A DNA stretch of 62,931 nucleotides from a virus (lineage: Duplodnaviria; Caudoviricetes): the IMG/VR virus record IMGVR_UViG_3300017782_000013, positions 1 through 62,931 of that record. One strand, 5' to 3'. How positions within the stretch are numbered: the stretch's first letter is position 1; every line of letters starts with the position of its first letter. The position numbers were made by a program, and so were the translations under genes. Below the pieces are notes generated by a model. That model was not told the origin of the DNA. It ran no database searches and saw only the letters and a program-made list of their open reading frames with translations. This document shows positions 18,020 to 26,257 of this stretch, one piece after another.

Positions 18020-19357
18020 TTATTGCTCGTCAGGTATGTAAGGTACTAGACGACCTTGGGTTGGTACAAAATTTGTTTCTCCATCTGGAGTAACAACCAA
18101 CCATAAAACAGGTTTGCTAGGTTGCCACTCGATTGGGTGCAAATATCCATCTGTGAAAATGCAACACGCTTCCCAGTTGATATTGTTTTCTTCCAAATAT
18201 GTCGGAATACATTGTGCATTTGTACCACCACCACCAATAGGTTTAATCATCTCTGCGAACCTATGGTAATCTTTTGGGAGATATATTTCGTCAGACACAA
18301 TACTTGTGTCCCAAAACAATATCCGTACACACTCTGGTCGCATACGTTCCAATATCTCTTGAACTTGCTCAACAAAAACTTTCAATTCTTTATGTATTGA
18401 ACCAGAACAATCGAACGCAATCACAATCTCTCCAACTTTGTCGGTATAGTCTGTCGGATAAATTGGGTTCACATCATCATACCCTCCAACATCTAAGATA
18501 CTTCTTGGGTTATATATTGCGTAAGTCTGGTCGTCTGCTCCTTGTTGCGAAACAAGAACAATGTCCTCGAACAAAGGTTGCCAACGAACTTTGATTGCCA
18601 TTTCTCCATCAATCATTTTGTTTGAGTTTGGCGAACCCTCTTGAATCAAATGTTTTGCGTGAGCAATCATGTTGTCCAAATGCTCGACCATTTCTTGCAT
18701 GGCTTTTGCTTTTTCTTGGACAGATTGATTTGACTTGTCGCCATCTGAATCTCCATCATCAAAACCACCAAACTCCATCTCGTCAGTTGGTTCTCCGTCT
18801 GGACTCCACTTGCCACCCTCTTTTTCTTTTTCTTGTTTCTGTTTTTGTAGGTGCTTGAAAATCTTGAGTGGACTCCAACCACGATAAGACTCGTCCCAAA
18901 GACAACCCTCGATAAATTCAACACACGTTCTGTCTGGGTCTAGTTGGTCTATCCAATCGTTGACTTGATAGTCTGCTGAAATTCCTGTTAGTTGAGCATC
19001 AATCTTGAACAATCTTTTACAGATGAAAGTATGCTTGAGTAGGATATGACAACATTCGTGGCACATGACAAAATTCACTTCTTTTTGAGTGAGCGTGTCC
19101 ATAAACTCTTTACAGAAAACCATATCCCACCCGTTTGTATACGCTGTAAATGAATATGAACCATCTGGACTCGGAGCGGAAACAATCGAAATTTCTCCGC
19201 ACATCATAAATGGTAACAATGCTCTGAGAGTCGGGTGTTTACCAATCATAATTTTTGCTCTCATCAATGGTCGATAATCTTGTATCGGCATTTTGTGTTG
19301 CGATACCAGTTGCGTGGTCTTGCCGAATGTACTTGTTGTTGATGTTGTACCTGCCAT
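18020..19357 (-). CDS. DUF2201-type metallopeptidase + vWA domain protein
   Basis: TAYTNG, HECCH (HExxH), AD..VN, acidic linker, DCSGS (MIDAS), GGGGT, FTDG. Start MAGTTST after AAGGAG. Confidence 0.88.
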   Translation of the reverse strand: MAGTTSTTSTFGKTTQLVSQHKMPIQDYRPLMRAKIMIGKHPTLRALLPFMMCGEISIVSAPSPDGSYSFTAYTNGWDMVFCKEFMDTLTQKEVNFVMCHECCHILLKHTFICKRLFKIDAQLTGISADYQVNDWIDQLDPDRTCVEFIEGCLWDESYRGWSPLKIFKHLQKQKQEKEKEGGKWSPDGEPTDEMEFGGFDDGDSDGDKSNQSVQEKAKAMQEMVEHLDNMIAHAKHLIQEGSPNSNKMIDGEMAIKVRWQPLFEDIVLVSQQGADDQTYAIYNPRSILDVGGYDDVNPIYPTDYTDKVGEIVIAFDCSGSIHKELKVFVEQVQEILERMRPECVRILFWDTSIVSDEIYLPKDYHRFAEMIKPIGGGGTNAQCIPTYLEENNINWEACCIFTDGYLHPIEWQPSKPVLWLVVTPDGETNFVPTQGRLVPYIPDEQ

Positions 19358-19427
19358 TTTGAATCTCCTTGTAATATATAATTTGTTAGTGTCTGTGGTG
19401 CGGTCGTATGCTAGACAAAATAGACAG

Positions 19428-19443
19428 ACGGCTGTTTTGCCGT
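19428..19443. promoter_or_regulatory. ACGGC-N6-GCCGT palindrome, copy 2
   Basis: ACGGCTGTTTTGCCGT between the AAA and vWA genes. Confidence 0.65.
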
Positions 19444-19458
19444 CCGCCAATATAACGA

Positions 19459-20562
19459 CTACCCAAATATTAAATCTGAATTTTCGACAACCCACTTATC
19501 GAAACCGACCAATGATTTTGTCATTTTCTTGTCAATGTGCATAAGTGAAAAACAGAAAGTCGAGATGATTTGCTCGTCCGAAAACCGCTTCATGTACTTC
19601 CAAAACTTTTGAGCGTTCTCGATTGATTCGTCTTTTGCGAATTGGACACACGCCAAACACTGCATATACTGAACCATTGGTGCTGTTGGAATTGGTGCTT
19701 TGTCTGGGTCTGCGATAATGTCCGTTGGTGCGGTAACGTCTTTTGCCACTTGCATGAAAACAAGTAAATCATTTGCAAATGCTTCGCCAGATAATCCACC
19801 CAACATAGCCCTCAAGTTGTTGTCTTTTTTATCGACAGGTTGCCATTCATCAACGTAAGCATCTCTATTTACATAAACCCTAAATGAACGCTCCAATGAA
19901 CGTGGAGTACAAAACTGTCTGTTTGGGTGTTTGGGGTTCATAATGTAAGGGTTGTTTTCTTGACCCGATTGACGATAGTCTGCCAACACTTCTGGTTTGT
20001 GCATCAAAAACGCAAGGCAACTTGAGTCCCAATTGTTTTGTGAACCATACACAATCAACTCTTTTGGAGTAACATTCTTCAAATGTAGAACTGACAAGCG
20101 ATTGCCAAAGTGTGCTTCGATAAAGTCTCCGAGTCCATCTTGAGTACGATTAGATGTACCAAAAACAATTGAACCATCTGGTAATTGTTTACCCATAAGG
20201 TTGTGTTCCTGAATCAAACGAGTGAATATAAGTTTGACCGACCTAGCACATTTCAAAACTTCGTCAAGCATAATGATAAGTGGTTTGTTCTCGTCCAACT
20301 TGTAACGCTCGTTCAACCATGTCTCCAGAACACCCTTTGAAACATTTGGTACAGTCAAACCATTGTCTTGAACTGTCTCGGTAGGACAGTCAATATATAA
20401 ATAGTTATATTTGTCGCCATACTTGTCCATCAATTGCTTGAGAGCGGTTGACTTACCCTGACCCGCACCACCAACAATAAGTTTGGATATTTCTGGGTCT
20501 GCCATAATCATGGTTGGTAACGAATTGATTGATACTTCGGTTGCTTTGATTTCTCTACTCAT
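19459..20562 (-). CDS. MoxR/dynein-related AAA+ ATPase
   Basis: GGAGQGKS (Walker A), IIMLDE (Walker B), GTSN, NRL, TPRS; GAGGAG RBS before MSREIK. Confidence 0.88.
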   Translation of the reverse strand: MSREIKATEVSINSLPTMIMADPEISKLIVGGAGQGKSTALKQLMDKYGDKYNYLYIDCPTETVQDNGLTVPNVSKGVLETWLNERYKLDENKPLIIMLDEVLKCARSVKLIFTRLIQEHNLMGKQLPDGSIVFGTSNRTQDGLGDFIEAHFGNRLSVLHLKNVTPKELIVYGSQNNWDSSCLAFLMHKPEVLADYRQSGQENNPYIMNPKHPNRQFCTPRSLERSFRVYVNRDAYVDEWQPVDKKDNNLRAMLGGLSGEAFANDLLVFMQVAKDVTAPTDIIADPDKAPIPTAPMVQYMQCLACVQFAKDESIENAQKFWKYMKRFSDEQIISTFCFSLMHIDKKMTKSLVGFDKWVVENSDLIFG

Positions 20563-20588
20563 TTTATTGCTCCTCAAATATGTATTTA

Positions 20589-21488
20589 TTAAATGTTGAA
20601 TTTCTTTAAGATTGCTTCCATGTCAGATTTGACTTTCAAGCGTGTGTCGTCATTGTCTCGCAAGGTTTCAAAGTCGTTTACCTTGTCCCGCTGAATTGGA
20701 CTCATGGCTTTCTCGAAATCTGTAATTAGAGAACTAATCTTTGTGTTGTTGCCAATGTTGAAAGCATTGAGAATGTTGACCAATTCCAGATGGTTGAGCA
20801 TAGACGATTCTTGAAAACGATTTGGTTTAACCACTTCGTTGCCATGCTTGTCCTTGATTGCTTGACTCGAAAACGCTTTGATAATATGTCTTACAGAATC
20901 AAGAATCCTGTCTTGCGTTTGCTCCTCGACTTTCTCCAAATTGCGGATATGGTCTTGTTTTGCTTTTTCCTTGATAAAGTCAACGTGTTCATCAATCGCA
21001 TCAAGTCGTTCATCTTGCATATCGGACAGAGCATTGAGATTGTAAGTAAAAGAAAATTTTGCCCTCGCTTGTTTGAATGTCGGGTACATACTCGCATCAA
21101 AACCATTGGGGTCGTTGTCTTTTGCTCTTTGAATCATTTGACGATAAGTCTTTTCGTCTGGCAAAAACTGTTCAACAAGGTCGTTGAAATCAGACTCAAA
21201 CTTGTCCACATACTTCTTGAAATTCTCGAAATATGTAACGTCAAGAGACACCAACTTCAAACTGCCATGCCAATCAAGAGTCCGTCTTTTTAGGTTGTTG
21301 ATGAAATCTTGCCTTTTCAAACGAATAGCCTTGTAAACTGGGTCGTCTGCGGATAGGTCGGTTGTCGCATTGTGAACGGCAACACCCTTGACAGATTCGT
21401 TGAGTTTATCGGTATTGACTCTATGTTTGCGAGTCAACCCCAAAAGGGTACATTCATACCCGAACACAATGTAGTTGTTTTGTAACAT
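20589..21488 (-). CDS. DUF3150-like helical protein
   Basis: RTLDW...F...V..F...Y...F....YP......KFSF pattern; typical position upstream of the AAA-vWA pair. Confidence 0.6.
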   Translation of the reverse strand: MLQNNYIVFGYECTLLGLTRKHRVNTDKLNESVKGVAVHNATTDLSADDPVYKAIRLKRQDFINNLKRRTLDWHGSLKLVSLDVTYFENFKKYVDKFESDFNDLVEQFLPDEKTYRQMIQRAKDNDPNGFDASMYPTFKQARAKFSFTYNLNALSDMQDERLDAIDEHVDFIKEKAKQDHIRNLEKVEEQTQDRILDSVRHIIKAFSSQAIKDKHGNEVVKPNRFQESSMLNHLELVNILNAFNIGNNTKISSLITDFEKAMSPIQRDKVNDFETLRDNDDTRLKVKSDMEAILKKFNI

Positions 21489-21730
21489 TACTTGTCCTCC
21501 ATTTTTGTAGTCATATGATTTATATGGTCTAGTAACGGAGTTACTTGTCCCTTTGTTACGGCTTCAACGAATTTATCCACGTTAAAGTTTGGGTTGTCCT
21601 CCGAAAAGAAAAACGACAATCCGTTCATTGAAATCGTAGGGTTGTATCTATCTTCTGGGTCGTTAGTATTTCGTAACAACTCAGCTATAGCCATGTAATG
21701 TTTCTTAGTGAATAATGGTTTCTTACTCAT
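21488..21730 (-). CDS. Small conserved phage protein
   Basis: FTKKHY..IA...DNPNFN.DKF..A; AAGGAG RBS. Confidence 0.75.
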   Translation of the reverse strand: MSKKPLFTKKHYMAIAELLRNTNDPEDRYNPTISMNGLSFFFSEDNPNFNVDKFVEAVTKGQVTPLLDHINHMTTKMEDK

Positions 21731-21765
21731 AGGTCTGAACTCCTTTTTCGTTAATGTAAAGTCTT

Positions 21766-21794
21766 ATTGTAAAGTATGTAAATCAAAAAAACAA
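21766..21794 (-). promoter_or_regulatory. Sigma70-like promoter candidate for the early operon
   Basis: Minus strand TTGTTT-N17-TACAAT, about 35 nt upstream of the ATG at 21730. Confidence 0.5.
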
Positions 21795-21867
21795 GCGAAA
21801 TGTTTTGTGCTGGTAAAACTGAACTACCCAAATACATAATTGGATATTTGGTAAGTAAAATAGGCTG

Positions 21868-21883
21868 ACGGCTGTTTTGCCGT
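21868..21883. promoter_or_regulatory. ACGGC-N6-GCCGT palindrome, copy 3
   Basis: ACGGCTGTTTTGCCGT within AAAATAGGCTG...ACGGCTATATAA. Confidence 0.65.
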
Positions 21884-22035
21884 ACGGCTATATAAGAACC
21901 AAACACACACGCAATATTCCGCTTCGTTATCGTAGACAACCGACAACAAAGCCACAATACCATGCGAGTTGTTTTTATACAACAGATAAGGGAAACTATC
22001 GTAAAATATAAGATAAGGTTTTTTTGTGTCTTAAC

Positions 22036-22320
22036 TGTCCTACAACGATTGATGATTGGGACACTCCGAAACCAGTTGTTTATATAGTCGTGTCCCAACT
22101 GTCCTAAGTGTCTTAGTCTAAATATGTAATATAGATATTTATATATACGGAGATTTTGTTTTTGACACACTCGCCAATCTGCCCTCGACCGCCAAAGATT
22201 CTCAAACCGCTCGCACATATACCCTTTTTTGTTGGGACACTTAGGACAGTTGGGACAGTTGGCTTGTACTAGCCGTTTGGGGCGACTTGAGATGACTCAA
22301 TGTTTATATATTTTGGGACA
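22036..22320. repeat. TTGGGACA iteron cluster with a 22-bp inverted repeat; candidate replication origin
   Basis: TTGGGACA at 22056, 22232, 22250, 22313 and inverted at 22091; 22091-22112 is the reverse complement of 22236-22257; AT-rich core near 22118-22148. Confidence 0.7.
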
Positions 22321-22374
22321 GGCACATTAGCGGCACCTACGCCCGTATGATAAACTTCCGAATTATATAATCTG

Positions 22375-22390
22375 ACGGCAATCTTGCCGT
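22375..22390. promoter_or_regulatory. ACGGC-N6-GCCGT palindrome, copy 4
   Basis: ACGGCAATCTTGCCGT is the exact reverse complement of copy 1. Confidence 0.65.
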
Positions 22391-22465
22391 ACGGCTATTT
22401 TATCAGGACAATCCTCACTAATTTAGTAATCGACCCGCACCCACGCATACGCACATGGCGACAAG

Positions 22466-22480
22466 TAACTGGCTTCAATA
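22466..22480 (+). repeat. 15-bp direct repeat TAACTGGCTTCAATA, copy 1
   Basis: Identical to 24117-24131. Confidence 0.8.
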
Positions 22481-22536
22481 TCCAAATTTCTAAATACCTG
22501 CATGACGAGCGACACCAGTTCCCAAAAATTAAAGAC

Positions 22537-22571
22537 AAAAAAAAAGGGTAGAGCCGTTAAGCCCTACCCTT
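22537..22571 (-). terminator. Intrinsic terminator
   Basis: Minus strand AAGGGTAGGGC-TTAACG-GCTCTACCCTT followed by a T run. Confidence 0.8.
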
Positions 22572-22577
22572 CACTAC

Positions 22578-22787
22578 TTAGAGTGGCAAGTCCATTTGCT
22601 TAGACTCTTTACTCTCGACTGCATTTGTAATGTCAGTCCATTTGATGATAGTCTTATCATCAGCTAGTTGCTTCTTACGTTTGTAGTCAGCATATTCCAT
22701 ACCGATTGCAAAACATACTGCACCGAAGAAGAACAACATAGCGAGAAACAACGCTACTTCGTTGTGTGTCATGATGTCGTTACACAT
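22578..22787 (-). CDS. Small membrane protein
   Basis: Start MCND after AGGAGG; one hydrophobic segment VALFLAMLFFFGAVCFAIG. Confidence 0.7.
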   Translation of the reverse strand: MCNDIMTHNEVALFLAMLFFFGAVCFAIGMEYADYKRKKQLADDKTIIKWTDITNAVESKESKQMDLPL

Positions 22788-22791
22788 AATA

Positions 22792-22980
22792 TTAACCTCC
22801 TTTCTGGTCGAGTTTATCAAGTTCTGCTTTTAACTTCTCCCAAGAGGACTCAACGTCTATCTTCTTGATGTCCCGCTCTATTTCATAATGTCTTTTGACA
22901 TACGGTAGAAGTGCTCCAAAAATTTCTTCATCGGTTACTGCTCCACGTCCTGCGTTGGTCGCCACCTTTTTATTGTTCAT
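22792..22980 (-). CDS. Hypothetical early protein
   Basis: 62 aa, AGGAG RBS. Confidence 0.7.
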   Translation of the reverse strand: MNNKKVATNAGRGAVTDEEIFGALLPYVKRHYEIERDIKKIDVESSWEKLKAELDKLDQKGG

Positions 22981-23005
22981 AATGTTTTAACAGCTCCTAG
23001 TATTT

Positions 23006-23033
23006 AAAAAAGTGAGGGGAGCGAACTCCCCTC
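23006..23033 (-). terminator. Intrinsic terminator with TTCG loop
   Basis: Minus strand GAGGGGAG-TTCG-CTCCCCTC-AC-TTTTTT. Confidence 0.8.
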
Positions 23034-23055
23034 CCAAGTAGTGCTGATTAAGAAG

Positions 23056-23940
23056 TTACTTCTTAGATTTTTTGTACTGCTCTAAGATAGATACGAAGCC
23101 TAACTGGAACTGCTTGAGATTGTTCATTTGTTTCTCAACAAACTCATTCCCGTATTCTGCTCTGACCGTATCGCTTGATAGTGCATTACCTACCATTCCG
23201 ACATAGCTTTCGAGAATACCCTTGTTAGTACCCTCCTTCTTAACCTCGCCTTCGGCTTTCATCGCAGACTTGAACAAGTCCCCGTCGACTGGATGACCTT
23301 GACCGTTAATACGCTGGTCGAAAGTCTTAGCTACTCGCTTGTTACCCTTTCGCTTCCCGTCTTCGAGTAGTGACTGCAATTCCGTAGGAATCTCAACCCC
23401 AAGATTGAATAGTGCGGTAACACTATCTTTCCTGAACTTGATGAACTTCTTTCCGATGGAACTTGAAAAGTCACTACGGATTCTGGATGCTGTCTCCTTG
23501 TTAGGGGAGTCAGAAGATTTAGCAAGACCGTTCAAAAGAACTTTCTTGATGGTGTCTGCTGTTGCAGACTTCTTAGCATAACTAACCGCTTTCTTCTTGC
23601 CGTTACTCTTAGCTTCTTTCCAAGAGTAGCTTTCAGATTTGGCGGCATTTTCTGCCCATCCATCGACGTTACACAACACGCCTAACCCTGGTGCGTCCGT
23701 GTCCATTGATGCAAACAGCGGCTTCGAGAGAACAACAGTCAGTATGGAATCAACCTTTTGGGTTGCTCCCTTGACTACAACCTCCAAGTGTTGCTTGGAG
23801 AGAGACTCGTGCAGACCAAAAAATACTGCATCTCGGTTTGCATCCGCATCCTGTAGCAACTTACTGAAAGTAAATCTCACGTTGGTTACCGCACTTTTTA
23901 CACCGTCGGCGTAGGTGTACTCCGTTTTAGCTTTAGTCAT
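23056..23940 (-). CDS. Lys-rich orphan early protein, 294 aa
   Basis: Start MTKAKTEY after AGGAG; has its own promoter and terminator. Confidence 0.8.
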   Translation of the reverse strand: MTKAKTEYTYADGVKSAVTNVRFTFSKLLQDADANRDAVFFGLHESLSKQHLEVVVKGATQKVDSILTVVLSKPLFASMDTDAPGLGVLCNVDGWAENAAKSESYSWKEAKSNGKKKAVSYAKKSATADTIKKVLLNGLAKSSDSPNKETASRIRSDFSSSIGKKFIKFRKDSVTALFNLGVEIPTELQSLLEDGKRKGNKRVAKTFDQRINGQGHPVDGDLFKSAMKAEGEVKKEGTNKGILESYVGMVGNALSSDTVRAEYGNEFVEKQMNNLKQFQLGFVSILEQYKKSKK

Positions 23941-24045
23941 TAAATGACTCCTATTGAATAGGTTAATAAAAACCAATTGGAACAACACCAAGTGCTGAAC
24001 CAATCAGCACTAATGAACTAGCGATGTTTTGCTGTCCATACCTCT

Positions 24046-24073
24046 ATTATCTACATTTTTTCAGTATTGTCAA
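24046..24073 (-). promoter_or_regulatory. Sigma70-like early promoter
   Basis: Minus strand TTGACA-N16-GATAAT. Confidence 0.65.
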
Positions 24074-24116
24074 GCGTTATTGTAAAATAACCGTAATATA
24101 TCATACTTTAGTATAA

Positions 24117-24131
24117 TAACTGGCTTCAATA
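24117..24131 (+). repeat. 15-bp direct repeat TAACTGGCTTCAATA, copy 2
   Basis: Identical to 22466-22480; followed by a C-rich tract. Confidence 0.8.
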
Positions 24132-24233
24132 CCCCACCTACCCCCGACCCACCGCATATGACCTAGCTATGCACATTTACTACTACACAATAATCCGCAC
24201 AAATTATTGAAACTTTGTGGTATATTTCAAAAC

Positions 24234-24755
24234 ATGAAATCATTAGAACCAGCCATAGAGCAGGGAATACCTGTGCCTAACGTCAGACAAAAGCTGTTAC
24301 CGAAGCTAGATGAGAAAGAAGAACTTATGGTTAGAGCTAATACGGTCAAACTTTTATCAGATTTGACGGGCAATGAATTAGTAGTAACAGAAAAAAATAG
24401 AGAACAGGCTAAAGAAGCCTTGGTGTCTGACGATGATATACAGGAAGACCTCAAAAAATTTCCCAACGAAACGATAACCTACCTTGCAGGTTTGGTAACT
24501 ACTTACGATAAAATGGTGGTCAGGGACTATGCTGACCTAAAAAACTTCGTTGTAAACAAACTAATTGAAGAAAGTCATGGCAAAAACTCCAAAGATAGGA
24601 TTTCTGCTCTACGAGCTTTAGGAGATGTTGACGGAGTAGACGCATTTAAGAAGAGAACCGAGGTAACTTATTCACAAAAAAGCACAGAGGACATAGAAAA
24701 AGAGTTATTAGAGAAGTTAGATGCAATGACTATTGATGTAACGCCTCAAAAATAA
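24234..24755 (+). CDS. terS: Terminase small subunit (putative)
   Basis: Immediately upstream of and coupled to TerL; RISALRALG....VDAF helical pattern. ATG 24234 chosen as start. Confidence 0.7.
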   Translation: MKSLEPAIEQGIPVPNVRQKLLPKLDEKEELMVRANTVKLLSDLTGNELVVTEKNREQAKEALVSDDDIQEDLKKFPNETITYLAGLVTTYDKMVVRDYADLKNFVVNKLIEESHGKNSKDRISALRALGDVDGVDAFKKRTEVTYSQKSTEDIEKELLEKLDAMTIDVTPQK

Positions 24756-26257
24756 TGCTTTCACCTACTAAATTATCCACAATACGAAATAATGTAGGGA
24801 ATATGTCTGAAAAAGACAAAAAAGAGACTCTTTTACTATTAAATGAGTGGGAAAAACGCCAAAAAACCCAAAAAGGACAGTCAAACTTATTAGATTTTAT
24901 AAATTATGTGTATAAAGGCTATAAAGTAGGCCCACACCACAAAAGATTAGCAAAAATTTTTGAAGATATAGCCTGTGGTAAGAAAAAAAGGGTAATTGTT
25001 AACATAGCACCCCGCCACGGCAAGTCAGAATTGATATCATACCTCGCTCCAGCGTGGTTTCTAGGTAAATATCCGCATAAAAAGGTAATTATGGCTTCAC
25101 ACACTGCTGATTTAGCGGTGAACTTTGGTAGAAGAGTAAGAAACTTAGTAAATTCTGGTGAATACAAAGATGTATTTGGAGGTGTTCAACTACAACAAGA
25201 CTCGAAGTCTGCTTCTAGGTGGGGTACAAACCACAATGGAGAATATTTCGCTATCGGTGTAGGAGGTGCATTGGCTGGTAGGGGTGCTGATTTATTTATT
25301 ATTGATGACCCCCACTCTGAGCAAGACGCTAAACAAGGCACACCCACCGTATTCCAACCTGCTTGGGAGTGGTTTCAATCAGGGCCATTACAACGTCTGA
25401 TGCCAGGCGGTGCGATTATAGTTGTTATGACTAGGTGGAGTAAATTAGATTTAACGGGTCAGATAATCAACAACATGACAAAGAACGAAAAAGCTGACCA
25501 ATGGGAGATTGTAGAATTTCCAGCTATATTAAATGAAAAACCTTTATGGCCTGACTTTTGGTCTTTAGAAGAACTACAATCAAAAAAAGCTACACTAGAC
25601 CCACGGTATTGGCAATCTCAATATATGCAGAACCCCACCTCCGAAGAAGGTGCTTTGATAAAACGAGAGTGGTGGAAGACATGGGAGAAAAAGACACCTC
25701 CCGATTGTGAGTTTATAATAATGTCGCTAGATGCGGCACAGGAGAAAAACAACAGAGCAGATTATAATGCACTAACCACATGGGGCGTATTTTATTCTGA
25801 AGAGTCAAATGTGCCAAATATAATATTACTGAACTCTATAAAAAAGAGATTAGAGTTTCCAGAGTTAAAAGACATGGTTTTAGCCGAATACAAAGAGTGG
25901 CAACCTGATGCTTTCGTTGTAGAGAAAAAGTCAAACGGTGCGGCTCTTTATCAAGAGTTAAGAAGAATGGGTATACCCGTTGGAGAGTTTACCCCCTCAA
26001 AAGGTCAAGATAAAATTACTAGAGCAAATGCGGTAGCAGATATATTTGCTTCTGGTCTTGTATGGTGTCCAGATACAAATTGGGCAAAAGAAGTTGTTGA
26101 AGAATGTAATGACTTCCCTAGCGGTGCAAATGATGACTTAGTTGACTCTACGACTCAGGCTATGTTGAGATTTAGGCAGGGTGGGTTTATCCAGTTGCCT
26201 AGCGACGAGGAGGATATTAGTTATGATTTCAACCCTAGGAAAGCCGCTTACTATTAA
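24755..26257 (+). CDS. terL: Terminase large subunit
   Basis: APRHGKS, GRGADLFIIDDP, VMTRW, YMQNP, SLDAA, VEKK, DDLVDS. Confidence 0.95.
   Translation: MLSPTKLSTIRNNVGNMSEKDKKETLLLLNEWEKRQKTQKGQSNLLDFINYVYKGYKVGPHHKRLAKIFEDIACGKKKRVIVNIAPRHGKSELISYLAPAWFLGKYPHKKVIMASHTADLAVNFGRRVRNLVNSGEYKDVFGGVQLQQDSKSASRWGTNHNGEYFAIGVGGALAGRGADLFIIDDPHSEQDAKQGTPTVFQPAWEWFQSGPLQRLMPGGAIIVVMTRWSKLDLTGQIINNMTKNEKADQWEIVEFPAILNEKPLWPDFWSLEELQSKKATLDPRYWQSQYMQNPTSEEGALIKREWWKTWEKKTPPDCEFIIMSLDAAQEKNNRADYNALTTWGVFYSEESNVPNIILLNSIKKRLEFPELKDMVLAEYKEWQPDAFVVEKKSNGAALYQELRRMGIPVGEFTPSKGQDKITRANAVADIFASGLVWCPDTNWAKEVVEECNDFPSGANDDLVDSTTQAMLRFRQGGFIQLPSDEEDISYDFNPRKAAYY

Noticed and set aside
19358-19495. N-terminal extension of the vWA ORF given in the track
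   Set aside because: Overlaps the AAA gene and palindrome copy 2; a strong AAGGAG RBS supports ATG 19357
21751-22218. 155-aa ORF in the track
   Set aside because: Runs through the iteron, palindrome and promoter region, has no RBS and an unnatural composition; likely spurious
21860-22400. Palindromes and GGGACA repeats as a mini-CRISPR array
   Set aside because: Spacing is irregular, orientations are mixed and the units are too short
21730-24234. tRNA genes, integrase/att site, or reverse-transcriptase systems (DGR, retron)
   Set aside because: No cloverleaf or T-loop pattern seen in the intergenic DNA, and no recombinase or RT motifs in any ORF; tRNAscan and HMM searches would confirm
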